Shown here piece by piece: positions 24,497 to 38,431 of a DNA stretch of 64,000 nucleotides (position 1 is its first letter; each line of letters starts with the position of its first letter). Origin of the DNA: Camelus ferus (taxonomy: Eukaryota). Both the position numbers and the translations under genes were made by a program. The DNA lies in assembly GCF_009834535.1 (NCBI RefSeq), contig NC_045697.1:18850001-18914000 (forward strand). The letters are read 5' to 3'. The notes beneath the pieces were generated by a model. That model ran no database searches and was not told where the DNA came from. It saw nothing but the letters and a program-made list of their open reading frames with translations.

Positions 24497-27045
24497 ACCA
24501 CGCGTGTCACTGTCCTCGGGTTTGCAGACTTAACAGGTCTCCCTGGCTATATTAGGACTAAATAGTGTCTAAACACTGAACAGGAACTGATTGGTCATTG
24601 CAAGTTGGATATATTTTCTTTATTTCATTTCAGAGCGATTATCTCCCCAGGGCACGTCATAGTCAGAGAAGATCTTCCTGGGGAGCGATAGATAGCTTTC
24701 ACAGTTTGGCAGTGTTTGTGCAGGATTGGGTTTGGAGGTGGCTGAAATGAAGTGAAATCTAAACTCATTTTCATTCCAAGCTCTTAGTTTACCTTAAATC
24801 AGCAGCAGGCTGCCTGCAGCAGTCTAACCCAGAGGCATATAAAAGGAAAAAAGTCCGGGTTAGATTTCTAGCAAATGTATTCTCTTGGTAGGACCTCTCT
24901 TCAAAGCCTTTTGTTAATCATAAACATAAGTTGAAAACCATCTTTATTTCTTTATTCACAGTTTAGAAGCAGCTTGGACATCTGTGTTCTAGAATAGAAT
25001 GAAGGCGTAAGAGCTTTCGTGTTGAACGTTTAGTCTGTCTGAGCACAGTGTTAGGTGCTTTCCCAGATAATATTCCATTAATTACATATTATCACTCCAT
25101 TTTACTGGTAAAGACACCAAGGTTTAAATCTGTAAGTAATTTGCCCATAGCAGCTCAGTTAGTAACGGGAAAAATGAAAGGCAAATTGAAGTTCCTACAT
25201 CAGGAGTAGGATAAGAATTTTTCTTGGACCCAAGGTCAAAAGCATGGCAAATTGAACTGTATTAAACAAACGAACAACAACAAAAACTTTTTACAAAACC
25301 ATCATAAGCAAAGCAATCCGTCAAGGGCTCCTACATGTCAAACTGAGGTGCTAGACCGTCTATTCAGGACTTGCAAAAGATATTTTGAAAAACCCCGAAA
25401 TGATGTTTTGTGGCCCCAAGATGAATGATCTGAAGAGCCAGTGTTGAGGAGAGAGGTTTGCACCTGCTATGTGTTCTCTCTTCCTTCGGTGAGGATGGGA
25501 AGCAGAGTGCTGCCTTCCCACCATAAGCCACATTCTGCAGGTTGCAAAAGAGCATGTCCTCTGGAGTTGAAGAAGCACAGGGCTTTGTATTTGACCCACT
25601 TCTGGAAAATTCTACAGGCAGGTGGCTACGTGATGATGCCTGAGGTGACTGAGTAGAAATCACACTGGGGAGTAAAATGTAGTTCATTGATGGAGAGCAC
25701 AGATGCTTCCTGGGGGACCAGCTGCGGGACAAATGTGAAGGACCCAGGTTGGAGTTATCTTGGGCTCTACCCAAGAAAACCTAGAGGGGTAAGTGGACAG
25801 CCAGATGCCCCCAAGCTTAGAGGAATTATAAGTAGCCAGTGAGGGGGGAATCCTCCACACTGAGCAAGCTGTGAACACATGGGGCATCTCTGGGGAATCC
25901 ATGAAAGCACCCACGGGAGAGAGAATCAGCTTTGGGAATATCCAGACAGTAGAGACAATGCTGTGCATTCCAACTCTGAATACACAGACCACACTTCCCA
26001 GCTGCCCTTGCAGTTCGGTGGGATCATGTGACTGAGTTACAGCCAGTGGAGTGTGGGCAGGAGTGATGTGACAGACACCTTTACAACTAAAGTACATCCC
26101 CAGGATCCTCAGTGCCTTTTCTCTTTTCCACCAAGAGCAGAGCAGGGTGAGACCCTAGAAGATGGAGAAGCGACAGACTGGAAGAAGTGGGGGCTTTGAA
26201 TGATTGTGTGGAGCAGAGTCCTGCTACCCTACCCTACTCACATTTCTCAATAAACATTCACTCTAATTTGGGGTTGTTGTTTTTGCAGCTAGTGTAAACC
26301 TCATTAGTATACTTGGACACCTAGCGGACACCATTACCAGATTTTATTTGTGACAAAAAACTGAGACTTTTAATGTTCCTTACCTTTATTTCCTTCCTCC
26401 CCACCCCAGCCCTCCAAGAGGCAGACTTGGTGTGAAGCAGGGAAGGAAGGAGCAAGGAAGGAAAATAAGAAGTAACCAGCCTTGCCCCGTCCTGGGCCCA
26501 CTGCAAACCTCCAACCTGTGGTTGAACGGGGAGGGGACATCTTTAGGTAGGATAAGAATATGACAATTTTAATATTCCTCTGAGCTGGATATTCAGGCTA
26601 ATACAATAGGGTCAGCCTTGTAATTAAAATTACTGAAGGTGTTTTTATTATCTCAATGTCTGGAGGAAAAAGTACAAGAATAGCTTGAGATTTCATCCAG
26701 AGCAGAGAACGGTGAGGGAAAAAAATAAAGTTAAGTTTTAAAGTTGTGCTTTTCCTGTACCTTAGAGAGTCAAGTTCATTTAACACCCATGTCAACACAT
26801 TTAGTTTGTTTCCAGTTTATTGCTACAAACAACGCTTCAATGAATAACTTTACACATATATTATTTTATAGGCATGTGAGTATAGATGTGTGATAAATTC
26901 CTGAAATTGGAATTGCTGGTTCAAAAGATTTGTGTGTTTGTGATTTTGATAAATGCTACCAAATTACCCTCCATAAAAGTTGCCATCCAATTTACTCTCG
27001 TCAGTGGGGAGAGAATTTGTTTCCCCATGCCTTCTTTATAGAGTT

Positions 27046-27504
27046 TGTATTCATTTTCTCAGGCCATTATAACAAATTATCAAAAACTTAATGGCTTAAA
27101 ACAATGGAAATTTATTCTTGCACAGTTCTGGGGGCCAGAAGTCTAAAACCAAGAAGTGGGCAGGGCCAAGCTGCCTCGACAGTTTCTAGGGGAGAACCCT
27201 TCCTTGCCTCTTCTAGTGTCTGGTGGCTCCTTGGCTTGTGGTTGCATCATTCCAGTCTCTGCCTCCATCTTCACATGGTCTTGTGCTCATCTGACTGTGT
27301 AATGCTCTTCTGTCTCCCCCTTATAAGGACATTTGTCATTGGGTTTAGGACCCTCCTCGATAATTTGAGATGGTTTTCTCATCTCAAGATGTTCAACCTA
27401 ATTACACCTGCAAAGACCCTTTTCCCAAATAAGGTAACATTCACAGGTTCCAGGGATCAGGGCAAAGACCTGTCTCTTTGGGAGTCACTATTCAACCCAT
27501 TACA
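27046..27504 (-). mobile_element. MLT1C-like solo LTR inserted in an old L1 fragment (~26790-27570)
   Basis: tggcttaaaacaatggaaatttattc…tttttcccaaataaggtaacattcacaggttcc…attcaacccattaca. Confidence 0.88.
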
Positions 27505-29569
27505 AGTTTACTAAAACTTTAAAAACTCTTTACTAACCTTACAGATGAAAATATAGGTTCTAGGTATTTTAGCCATAAAGCATCTTTGCCACAAGCATTT
27601 TTGTCACCTAAAAATGCCTACCCTTCTTACATCTGTGGCCTCACACCTATGCCCTTCCTCTCCAACATCTTTAGTTCCCCTTGGTGCCTCTTCCTTCCTA
27701 TCCAAGCCTGCACACCTCCATCCTGTCTTGAAATCAAACACATAAGAGCATCCTCATTTGATCCTGTAACTTCCTCTGGCTAAGATTCTATTTCTCTCAT
27801 TTTTATTTCCAAATTTCTGGACCAAGTGGGCATCAAATGGTTCCCCTGTGGTAAGAATAATTGCACATTTATTGCCATATTTTCCCATAAAAAATAAAAC
27901 AATGAAACACAAAAGAGGCACAATAAAAAAGATATAATGAAACATGAAAATGAATAATAAGATTTAAAAGACTTTATTGCAAGACACAAAATACATTTGA
28001 AAGATTTAAAATGTATATAGATTCATGGCTATACTATGCAAATAACTAATTTTATTTTGTGGTTCATGCCTAACCCCTTGTCTTCCAAGTTTTTTTTTTC
28101 CCCCCAAACAGTAACAGTCTTTATTTCTCCCTTGAAACAAGCCCTAGATGGGTAACTCACCAATTGTGGGTCAGTGTCTCTGGCTCACAAGAGAGCAAAG
28201 GACAGCCAACTTGTTCTGAAGAATGGGGAGTTGACCAGACCCTCCAAAGGGGGCTTCTCATGTCAATGTATTGCTGACAAGTCTTTTGTTCATGGTAGTT
28301 TATATACATATTTTTTGCTTATTGATTTGTGTCCTTTGCTGAAATTTCTTCCTTCATTAAAAGATATTAGTTTCCACTACTGAGTGAGAGTCAGCACTTT
28401 AACGATATCCCCATATGTTGGATGTGTATGAAAGTTTAATACTCTGGTCATATTCCACTTTCACTACTAAACATAAAATGTACATTTTCTCATTAAAAAA
28501 AGAGAGGCATCAGTTTCCAAATGGTAGGATGCACATTTGTAACTGAGCTTTGCATCTTGTTGTGAAAGCCTCTACAGTTTCTTGTTCTCGGCATATTGTC
28601 ACGTGTTTGTTAACAGACCTTCCAAAGTTCTATGGGAGATGTGGGTTCAACTCATGACTTTGAGGCCCTTAGACTCTTTCTCGTCCAACATAGTGTGTTT
28701 CAAAATAAGAAACCATCTCTTGGGGAAAATCATCATCATCTGTCAGCCCCACGAAGCCATCAATAATGTCACTACCTGGAAGAAATGCTAACATATTTCA
28801 ACCAGTTGAAACCAAACTGTCAAAACAAACTGTCAACCGATTATTTTAAATTTCACAGCAAAATTGCCTGAAGGATTAGTTAAGTGGCAAAAAAAACTCA
28901 TGGTAAAGATGTTTATGGCAAAGAAACTTAAGCAAAAATACTGGACACAGGAAAAAAGGTAATCTCTGTATCCTTTTATAAATACTCTTGCTCCTTGATC
29001 TCTGTGACTTCACTCTCTCTCTCTCTCTGGAGTCCTTTTCTGACTGTTCTTTTTCAGTCGCGTTTTCTGGTCTCCCCTCATTTCCTCCTGTCCCTCCCCA
29101 GGGTGCTCTCTTCAGAGCTCCTGTCTCCTCTGTCTTCACACTTTTCCTCCATCCGACCTCAACCAGTCTTATGGTTTTAAATACCAACTTTATGTGCCCA
29201 CATGCCTGCATTTATATCCCCTGCTCCAACTTTTCTCCTGTACTCGGTCTACATCCAGACTCAGCATTTCTGCTTGGATGTGGGGCCCCTCCGAGCACGT
29301 TGGTGCCTAAGGCAAAAGAAGACATGTGAGCCCCTAGGCTTATCAGAATATACTCTAGTATTTTGAACCAAATGAAGAAAGATACTAAAAGCTCCACATT
29401 TAAAAAAATGACTATATGTACAGCCCTGGGTGGCCTCATCTGTTCGAATGCCATTGTCAACCCTTGTAAAGTGGGGCGAGGAGGTTCCATTAGGAACCAC
29501 AGGCTGATGGAAATGATTGCTCCTGTGGCATAATAATGCAGGGTCGTGAAGCAAACAAATAAATAACAA

Positions 29570-29743
29570 CAGCTTACCTCTATTTAAAAGTGTGATATTT
29601 TGTTCAACATCAAGTTTCGCATTAGTTTTGATTAAAAATATTGCATTAAAATATTGTTTTTATTGATTACTGAATTTTTTGGTGCCCTTTCAATTTTCTG
29701 CCTAAGGCAAGTGCTACACTTGTTCACTCTGATCCTGGTCCTG
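29570..29743 (-). mobile_element. hAT-Tip100 (Zaphod/MER115-like) terminal fragment
   Basis: ttgcattaaaatattg…attactgaattttttggtgccc…cctaaggcaagtgc…cctggtcctg. Confidence 0.5.
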
Positions 29744-29759
29744 CTTGAAATAGGAAACC

Positions 29760-30630
29760 AAACTCTGGATTCTCCAGCCCACCCCCTTCCAACTGACCCC
29801 AATCTCAAACCTGTTCCTTGTTCATCTCAGCAAATGTTAGTTCCCTCTCCCAGTCACTCAGGCTGAAACTCTTGGACTCATCCTTGATGCCTTGCTTTCT
29901 CCTATCCTCCACATCTAATCCATCAGTACATCTTGTCCATTCTACCTCCAAAATTACCCGCTGTCTTCCAACACTACCCACATTGTCTAAGCCATCATTT
30001 TCTCTCAACTGTATCACTGCAAAAGCCTCCTAAATGGTCTTTCTGCCACTACTCTCCAGAAACTTCCTGGCTAACTCAGAACAAAATCCAAAGCCATTTA
30101 ATGTCCTATAAAAGCCTACATGATTCAGGCACCCACATCCCCACTCCACCAACTCTGACTTCATCTCCTCATCCTTCCTTCCCTGCTCCCCTGCTCCCAT
30201 GCTCCAGCCACACTAGCCTTCTTTCTGTTTCTCAAATATGTCAAACTACTCCTGCCTCAGGGCCTTTGCACCAACTGCCTCTCTGCCTAAGAAGCATTCC
30301 CACAGATATCTGCATGGCCAGATAACCCACACCAGTAAGATTTCTGCTTAAGTATCACTTCATAAAAAAGTCTTCTTGACCATTATTTTTAAAATAATGC
30401 AATCACCCCACCTCCCACCCCATTCTTCCCTATCACCTGCTTTTATTTTCTTCATAAGGACCAGTGACCACCCAGTGTAATATATACACTTATATGTTTA
30501 TTTGGGTTTTGTTTTCTTTTTTTGCCTGTCACCTCCCACTAAATTTAGATTTACTTCCATGAAGGTAGGGAGTTTCAACTATTTAGTCATATATCTCCAG
30601 TGTCTAGAACAGGATCTGGCTTAGTGTAAT
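29760..30630 (+). mobile_element. L2a 3' fragment
   Basis: catctcagcaaatg…ctcagggcctttgcac…ccagtgtctagaacag, typical L2 3' region. Confidence 0.8.
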
Positions 30631-30760
30631 TTCTTGGAGCAAATGTCCTCAAATGTGACTCCCACCCTAAATGACAGTTAAGTATATTATTCTTTGTCTT
30701 ATTTCTAGTTACCTACATGGCCTATTTTTCTAATCTTTTGTTATTATTATTTTTCTTCAG

Positions 30761-30907
30761 AGGGAGGTAACTAGGTTTTATTGTTTTGGGGGGTTTTTTT
30801 GTTTGTTTGTTTTTTGTTTTTTTTTAAGAGGAAGACTGAGGATTGAACCCAGGACCTCCTTCATGGTAAGCAGGCGCTCTACCACATGAGCTATACCCTC
30901 TCCCCCT
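30761..30907 (-). mobile_element. tRNA-Ala-derived SINE (vic-1-like)
   Basis: gattgaacccaggacctc…gctctaccacatgagctataccctc. Confidence 0.85.
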
Positions 30908-31079
30908 ACACGGCCTATTTAAGTTTACGTATTCTGCATTTTTCTCTCTGTAAGCAGGATCAGATCTTTCTGGTGTTTCTCCCTTTCTCTCTCTCTCTTC
31001 CTCCCTCCTTCTTAGCACTGCTTCAGGCAGTTAATAAAAATCTGATTATGATAATGATTTTTTCTCATTAAACCAAGAA

Positions 31080-31920
31080 GATGCAGTACAAGTAGACTGA
31101 CAGGTGGCTGAAAGTCACCCCGGGGAATCACACTGATTGGTGCTCCGTAAGTTAGAGGTCAGAACGATTTAGTTCTTATTATGTGAATAAAAACATTGCA
31201 AAGCTTGTTTATATTGCTTGTTGATTACTCCACTGAGCCTTCTTGTTAACACATTGGGGAAAATAAATGTAATTGAAAGTCACCTTTACCAAAGACAAAT
31301 GGTCTATCGAAAATAAAAATAAACTTCAAAAAAAAAAAAAAAAAAAGCAAGTGAAACAATTTTGGGGGAAACGAATGGCAGTGAGTCAGGCTGTAACAGA
31401 CTTGAGTGTACACGGGGCAGATGGAGGCTTGGCATCTTAGTGCAACTCACGCTGGACCTAACACTATAGCATGATAGTGGCCAGCATTCATTGGATACTT
31501 TTTAAGAGACAGGCACTATGGAATCCTATAAGATGGTAATGTTATCTCTCCATTTAACTGACAAGCAAACCGCGGTTCACAGAGGTAAGTAACTTCTCCC
31601 AGGTCACAAGTCCCTAAGAGGCACAGCCAGCCTGGCACTGAATATATGCCCAGGGGAATCACAAAAAAATATGAGGGAGCTCTTCTTATCTTGAGAAAGC
31701 TTTGAGTCCAAATTTATTCTGCTTTAGACAGAATCTGACACAACCCGAGAAGGAGCCAAGAAAAAATGATTTAAAGGAATGGAAATGTGTGAAGAAAGCC
31801 TAAAAGCCAACGTTTCCATGGTAAAGGAGGGAGAGGGCTGAAACGAAGTTTCCTAACCCTTTCTACTCTAAAACGATTTCTTACTTTGCAACTGAGAAAA
31901 ACGCAGGCTGATTGTCTACT
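31080..31920 (+). mobile_element. Degenerate CR1/L3 fragment with an internal MIR (~31480-31640)
   Basis: cttggcatcttagtgcaactcacgctggacc…catgatagtggcc resembles the CR1 ORF2 DLGVLVD-KL-MSQQC region. Confidence 0.4.
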
Positions 31921-33458
31921 TCATTTGAACTTATGAATGGTCATACAATAGAATAGGAAAGGGTAATTGAAAGATTATAAAAATTGCACTGTTCTTTAAA
32001 TTGTCCACTTACACATTTGGGGTAGTCAGAGGACTGAGGCAAATGCCATTTAAACACTAGTTCTCCAGGAAGTTGAAATGACAAGATGAGACTGGAAGTA
32101 TGAGGCAGTAGTTGAATGACTGTACCCTGTGTGTAACTTGCCATCGCTCCCTGCCGTACTGCGGTGCAGCTACTTGTTGAGTGTTTCCTCTGTTGATTGT
32201 GGGCGTGACAGCAGCACCCACTTCTTTTTATCGCTATAGTTCCAGTGCTATATGGTTTGTTGAGTTTACTTATAATAAATAATGGCCACCAATTTTCGTA
32301 TTAATGAAAGACAAATTAGACCCCTCCCTTCAAACCTGTTTGTGAATTGTAGTTAAGCCAACAAATACAAGATCTGTCAGTTGTAAGGGGCAGAATTTTA
32401 ACTCAAGTTGGCTGAAGTTAATTGTGGATCCTGTGATGGGTAGTTCACAAAAGTAAAGCAAGTCTTGTAGGAATCATGGCAGCTCCAGGGACAAATGGGA
32501 TTGAAACTGGACTCCAGTGCCCCAGGACTCTGTATCACCTATCTGTCATATTTCTGGTCTCCCTTCATTCTCATCTGCAGAAGATGAGCTTTCTTGGTGT
32601 GGAAGGGAAAAGCCCACCGGCAGCTCCAGTTTTCATATATATTTTTTATCTCCTTGTCCCTTCAACTTCAAATAGAGAAATCCCAGAGAAAGTCATATCT
32701 GGTCCTGCATGGCCACTTTCTCACCCTTGAACCATCCTCCCTGGCCAGGGGAATGGGAGACTGTGACCTTCCACAGAGAACGGCTGAGGAGCCGGGGAAG
32801 AGGGCAGGAGTGGGGCATCGTTCAGTTGGAGGAAGATCTCTTCCTCTACTTGGAGGAGATGTGCTACGTGGACAAAAACAACAGTCACTTCAGAAATGCT
32901 TTGCTATTTGGAATAAATCTGACATCAATATATATTTACTGAGTTTCCAAAGATTGACACTGAAAGTTGGGAACAGCAAGTTTGAGACCCAGTGTCAAGG
33001 AGTTAGGGATGCTCAACGCCATTGCGCATGCTGATTCCATCTTCTCATCCTTCAGATCCCAGCTCAAATGTCAGTTTCCTTAATTTGCAAAGCCCTTTGT
33101 TATATATTCTTAGAGAGTCCTCTTCCTTTCCATAAGGTAACTTGCCTTGATGCACTTGCTTGTTGGCTCTTTTGGATAAGCTGATGTCCTCCCACTAGTG
33201 TAAGCCCTGTGATATGAGGCAGGGCCCCATTTGTTTAAGCTCCATGGTATCCTCAGCACTGAGCACACAGTGCTTGGAATAAAGGATATAATTGCTGCAG
33301 ATATCAACACGAACAACCTATTTGAGGAAATGTGAAGACAGAGTAAAGTTGAGAGCCAAGGACTGAGCCTTGGGAAGAGCCTAAATTAAACTGAGTAAGA
33401 GGAGGGAGAGGTGAGCCAAACAGAGGTGAGCCTGAGGAGGGAGACCCAAGCACCACTC

Positions 33459-34003
33459 TGTTAGGTAGTTAGATAAATAGGGGCACCAGGCAGATAGGTG
33501 GAGAGGGAGGATGGTCTGGAAGATGGCTGTATGTCCGCCTCCAGCATAAAGGAGCTTTACTTCCTCTAAATGAGTGCCAGCAAGGAACTGGTTAGAATCC
33601 GACAGCCGCAACTGCGTGGTAGTGAGAAGGAGATAACCTGAGTGACCCAATACTTATTGCAATATAATTAGCATCGCAGTTGAGGCTCCCTCGCCACCGT
33701 GGGTTTTTCTGTGTGCATCATGGGTAAGGACATGTGCAAAGGGGACAAGCATGACAAAGCACTCCAGGGGCCAGAGCTGTCAATCAATCAAGAGACCACC
33801 TCTAAGCAAGGGTATAAGAGAAGGGAAAAACAAAGACCACTGCTTGGATCTGTCTGTCTGCCATTCTTAGAGGTGTACTTTCCCTTTGCTAAACAAAACC
33901 TTTAAAATCTTTTGCTACACAACACTTCCGTCTCCCATTTGAATTCTTATCTTTTGGGTAAGACAAGAAGTGAGGTCTTTTCCCTTCCCCTTTTGGGGTA
34001 AAA
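33459..34003 (+). mobile_element. ERV solo LTR
   Basis: Starts tgttaggtagttagata; CAATCAATCA and TATAAG promoter-like core; U5-like ttgaattcttatc…agacaagaa; possible TSD actc/actg. Confidence 0.55.
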
Positions 34004-36744
34004 ACTGTAGCCAGGATAGGATAAAATTTCCTTGAAAATGGAGACACGACAGTGTTTACTGCAGGGAATCAGAAAAGGGTGAAAAAAAATTGTAAAGTCA
34101 CAGCCCCTTAAGCTAGTTCTAGAAGCGAGAAATGAGACTCAGCTCACCACCATAATCCCTCTTAACCCACATCAGCACTGGTCCCCCCATGGTTCAGAGA
34201 AAGCTCCCCCACTTAGAAAAAGCCTGAGCACTTGACCTTCTTTCAGCCTAAGAATTTGATCTGGGGTCTTTGCAGCCTTTAAGAAAAACGAACAATTTCA
34301 AAGCTTCTGCTTGTTATTTATTTTGTTAAAGGTCATCAGTTGGGATTCACTTCGGGTGAGAGAAAGGAGAGATTAGATCTTTATGGGCAAAAGAACGAAG
34401 ACCCGTACTGGAATCGAGAAGCTGAAACAGTGAGCAGGGATGCTGGGACTTCTTTACTCCAGCTGCACATTAAACCACACGGGGAGCTTTTAAAACATAA
34501 CTGCATCCTGACCCCAATTCAGGACATGTGAATCAGAAGCCCTGCAGGTATAGTCCAATCACTGCAATTATGTTATGGACTGAGCTAAACTGAACTAAAT
34601 TGTCTTATATGATAAGGTGAAAACACGGTCTTCCTTGGTAGAGATAGTAGGAGGCTTTTGGAAGTTTATCTTCCTCTGCCTGGGGCTAGACATGGGAGGC
34701 TGGAACTTGTGAGAGAGAAGATAGGAGGGGGACTTTGATCTGATGAGCAGTGGACCTTCATCATCATGGTGGCTGGCCTTGGGCTAAGGAGGTAGACAGC
34801 CAATGTTGACTATCCCCCAAGTCCCCTCTTCACGCCTGTCCCTCATGAAAAGGCCAGCCAATGAACTTCAGGATTTGTGGTATCTAACTTATGACTGATA
34901 CCATATTGAATTCTTTTGTCCTCTGTGGTAATTCCTCACAGTAAAATTGTGTTAGCAGGGCAACGGGGAATGAGGGAAGGGGCTGTGCCCACATTTGGGC
35001 AACAGAAGCAAGATGGGAAGAGGTCCCCAACAGGGCAGCCTGGTATAACTAGGCTTGAGGGAGGGGACAAGCATCTCTCACTTAGTAATCTTCTGCTAGA
35101 TCTGGCAAGACACTGGGTTTCTTGCAGGAATGCAGAACGAGGGCAAAAGATTTTATTTGAATATAGCTTTTAAAAGTAACACGAAAGAGCAATACATTTG
35201 ACTGTGGGTAAGGAGGTCAAAAATCAAGGAAAGATTTTTTGATTTGGCATTAAGATCTGTGGGAACATCCAAACCATTGGTTTCAAGGAATGAAGTCATA
35301 TTTGTAGGGACTCACCAACAGGGTCTGTGCGTGCGCACATTCTGGGGCTGGTGGTGAGGACAAAAAGAATCAATGAAGGTATCATTATTCAAGCAACAGA
35401 GAATATTCGATGCTCACATGGTCCAGAAATTCTGCAATAAAAAGGAGAGAAGTCGAATCTCAGACAGAGGAAGTTACAGGATCAGATGAGGATGCTCTTA
35501 TGTGCTTGATTTTGAGACAGGATGGAGGTGTGGAGGCTTAAGATAGGAAGGAAGAGGCACCAACAGGGAACTAAAAATATTAGAGATGAAGGGCATATGT
35601 GTGAGCACCCAGATGTAAGAAGGATAGGCATTTCTTAGGTGAGTGGTCTTGAAATTTTCGATTGTGCCACTCCCATCAATAAAATATTTTTGAGGGCTTA
35701 CAGTGAATTCAAGTGTATTTATTTACTTACAAATTACTTATGTGGCATTATTAAATCATTATAAAATTAGGCAAGTGCATTAAAAATGATGACAGAAAAT
35801 GAAATCTTTTAAAATAGTTTTAACTTTCATGACACATAAATCTTTCCTTTTTAAAATATTTATATTCATGACTATATATTATTAATAGCAATAATATTTT
35901 TAGTCACAGCAAAGTGATTAAGTGTGCTTCACTATTTTTGAAAATCTTGATTTAACATTTTGTATTATAGTTATTCAAAGGTCTGGTTCTAATTTTAGCT
36001 TATTTTAATACTTGATTATTAGCTGAAAAAGAGACCTTGCAGAGAAACGCAGATTTGACTGGAAGTAGTGTTATCATTTGCTTTACTTACTAATTTATGA
36101 TATTCACTTTTTATTCCCACTCATCAATTATGCAAAGGTTGTGACTGAAATTCAGCTAGGAAATTTCCATCTTTCCCAGTGTCAGTCACTTGTTCTCATA
36201 AATTAACTGTAAGGCATTCTGTCTGTATTTTTAACAAATGGGTTTTAAACCCATTGAAATTCTTTGTTTAGGAAAAAAATTATTTTTACTGAGTGATAGC
36301 ACACAGTAAAGTACACTGATCTCAAGCTCGATAGAGGATTTTTAAGCAGTAGAAATTTCAGTTTCCAAGTTTTTCAAGTGCACAGATATGGCTGCTTTTA
36401 TAGGTAACAAACATAACCTGTCTGCAGCAACAATGAAACAACCTTGGAAAACTCTCAACATTAGTTTCCAAACTGATCCCTCCATAGCATAAATACTGTT
36501 TTTAAAACAATGACATTTTTTCCCCTCATCATTAAAAATCACCCTTACCTTGAAGGGACAGATTAAACATATTTACTTGTCTCAAAAGCATTTGCTAGGT
36601 AGCCTTCTAGTGACATTTACTTGTCATCACAGGAAAGGTCAGCAGACTTCTAATATTTATGCTTTTTTGTAAAAGAAAAATGAGTATCATTTCTAAAAAG
36701 TTTGACGATTTTAACTTGAGAGAGCTGCTTTGTCTGTGGGGTAC

Positions 36745-37170
36745 CGTGTTACTCTACTGTTGCTGCAATGATGCTGTAACACAAACAACCAGAGGACCTC
36801 AGTGACCCACGGCATAGACATCATTTCTTGCTCACAGATCTGGGAGACGCTGGTCCTGGTTGTGGGTGACTGGGCTTGGCTCTGGGCTGCTTCATGTGTC
36901 TTAGTCTGGAACCCAGACAGACAGGTGGCAGCAATTCAGGGCATATTCTTCTCCTGGCTACAGAAGTGCGCAGGGCTTGGGTAGCGCATCTTACGCTTCT
37001 GCGCATGTGACAGCCTCTCGCATCCGATTGGCCCAAACTAGTCACACCCTAAACGCGAAGTCAAGAGTGGAAAGAACATTCTGCCCACGCTGAATCTGTG
37101 TCAAAGCTATTGAAGTATAATTTTCCAGCTGGAGAATGAAGAATTGAAACCAATCATTCAGTTCACCACA
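36745..37170 (-). mobile_element. MLT1 LTR
   Basis: ctgttgctgcaatgatgctgtaacacaaacaacc…gattggcccaaactagtcaca…cagttcaccaca. Confidence 0.7.
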
Positions 37171-37379
37171 GATTCCCGAGTTTTGCGGTCATTTCTCATC
37201 TCACTGAAACATATTACACAAGCATTCCCACAGGGAGTGCTAACTTTGTCATCTTTCCCTGGGAATGTGTTTGTGTATTTCTATCAACGCTCTGGCCCCG
37301 TCAGTAGTTTGCACTAAAACATTTCTCTCTCTTTTTCTTAAATGGAAGCCATTCTTTATTTTTTTTTCAAAACAAACAA

Positions 37380-37637
37380 CATTTTTATTAAAGTATAGTT
37401 GATTTACAATATTGTGTTAATTTCAGGGATACAGAAAAGTGATTCATATATATACACATATACACATACATACATATATATATGTTCTTTTTCAGATTCT
37501 TTTCCATTATAGATTATTACAAGATATTGAATATAGTTCCCTGCACCATACAGTAGGTCCTTGTTCTTTATCTAGTTTATATTTAGTAGTGTGTATCCAT
37601 CCATTAAGCCCAAACTCCTAATTTATCCCTCCCCCAA
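37380..37637 (-). mobile_element. Lineage L1 3' UTR fragment
   Basis: ttttattaaagtatagttgatttacaatattgtgttaatttcagg…gatattgaatatagttccctg. Confidence 0.85.
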
Positions 37638-38169
37638 GAATTCACTATTGAATTCTTCTACTGGACACTTTTCCTTAGAGGTTCCCATGCATACACAAAA
37701 GGAGTCAGTCTTTCCTTTGTTTGTTACTGAAACAGAACCTCCAAAACTCTGTCCAGTGAAGCATGCAGTCATGACTGTGTTTACCTATAACAGAACAGCA
37801 AACTTCCCATGCTGCTAACTTTGTACTAATACTGATTTATTCTATTCTGTGGCAGCTTTTTGGGTACATCTTCCAAGAATATTTTCTGACAGATGAATGT
37901 TTTGTTTGCAATCATATTATTTTCAATGTATCATTTCAGCCATTTCACAGCCATGGGATGAACCAGTGTTTCCACCTATCATGTGCGGCTTGTTTGGTTT
38001 CAAGTCTAAAAACATTTCATGTGAGTGTTCTAAATATTTATCAGTCAATGTAACAAAATGTTGTAAAGGACTAGACGGATACCATATGATTTTAAATATT
38101 GCTGAAAAGTAGTAGAGGTCTTTCGTGTTTTGCCTGCCTGATTTTTTTTTTTGTGTGTGTGATGTGACT

Positions 38170-38430
38170 TGATGTGCTATCAGTGGAGGATATCCACTAT
38201 GTCTGAAAAGGATATTAAGACAGTTCTCCCTTTCCCAGTTACATATCTGTGTGACACTGGGTTTTTTTCATTAACTGGAGTCAACACAGCACCACAGATT
38301 GAATGCCACACAGATTGAAGAATCCAGCTGTCTTCTATTAAGCCAGACATCAAAAAGTGTGCATAAATCCAAAATAATGTCCTTTTCTCACTAATTTTTG
38401 TTATTATTTTAAAACAAGTTAATAAACAAT
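38170..38430 (+). mobile_element. Charlie1-like hAT 3' fragment
   Basis: 38202-38273 encodes SEKDIKTVLPFPVTYLCDTGFFSL (hAT dimerisation motif); gaatccagctgtcttctattaagccagacat. Confidence 0.8.
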
Positions 38431-38431
38431 C

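Larger units (their letters stand above)
35641..38110 (-). mobile_element. Decayed hAT-Charlie (Charlie4-like) transposon with transposase remnants, interrupted by MLT1 and L1
   Basis: Terminal gagtggtcttgaaatttt…; minus strand ~36020-36075 encodes ITLLPVKSAFLCKVSFSA, similar to the hAT dimerisation motif LLPFxSTYLCExxFS. Confidence 0.65.
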
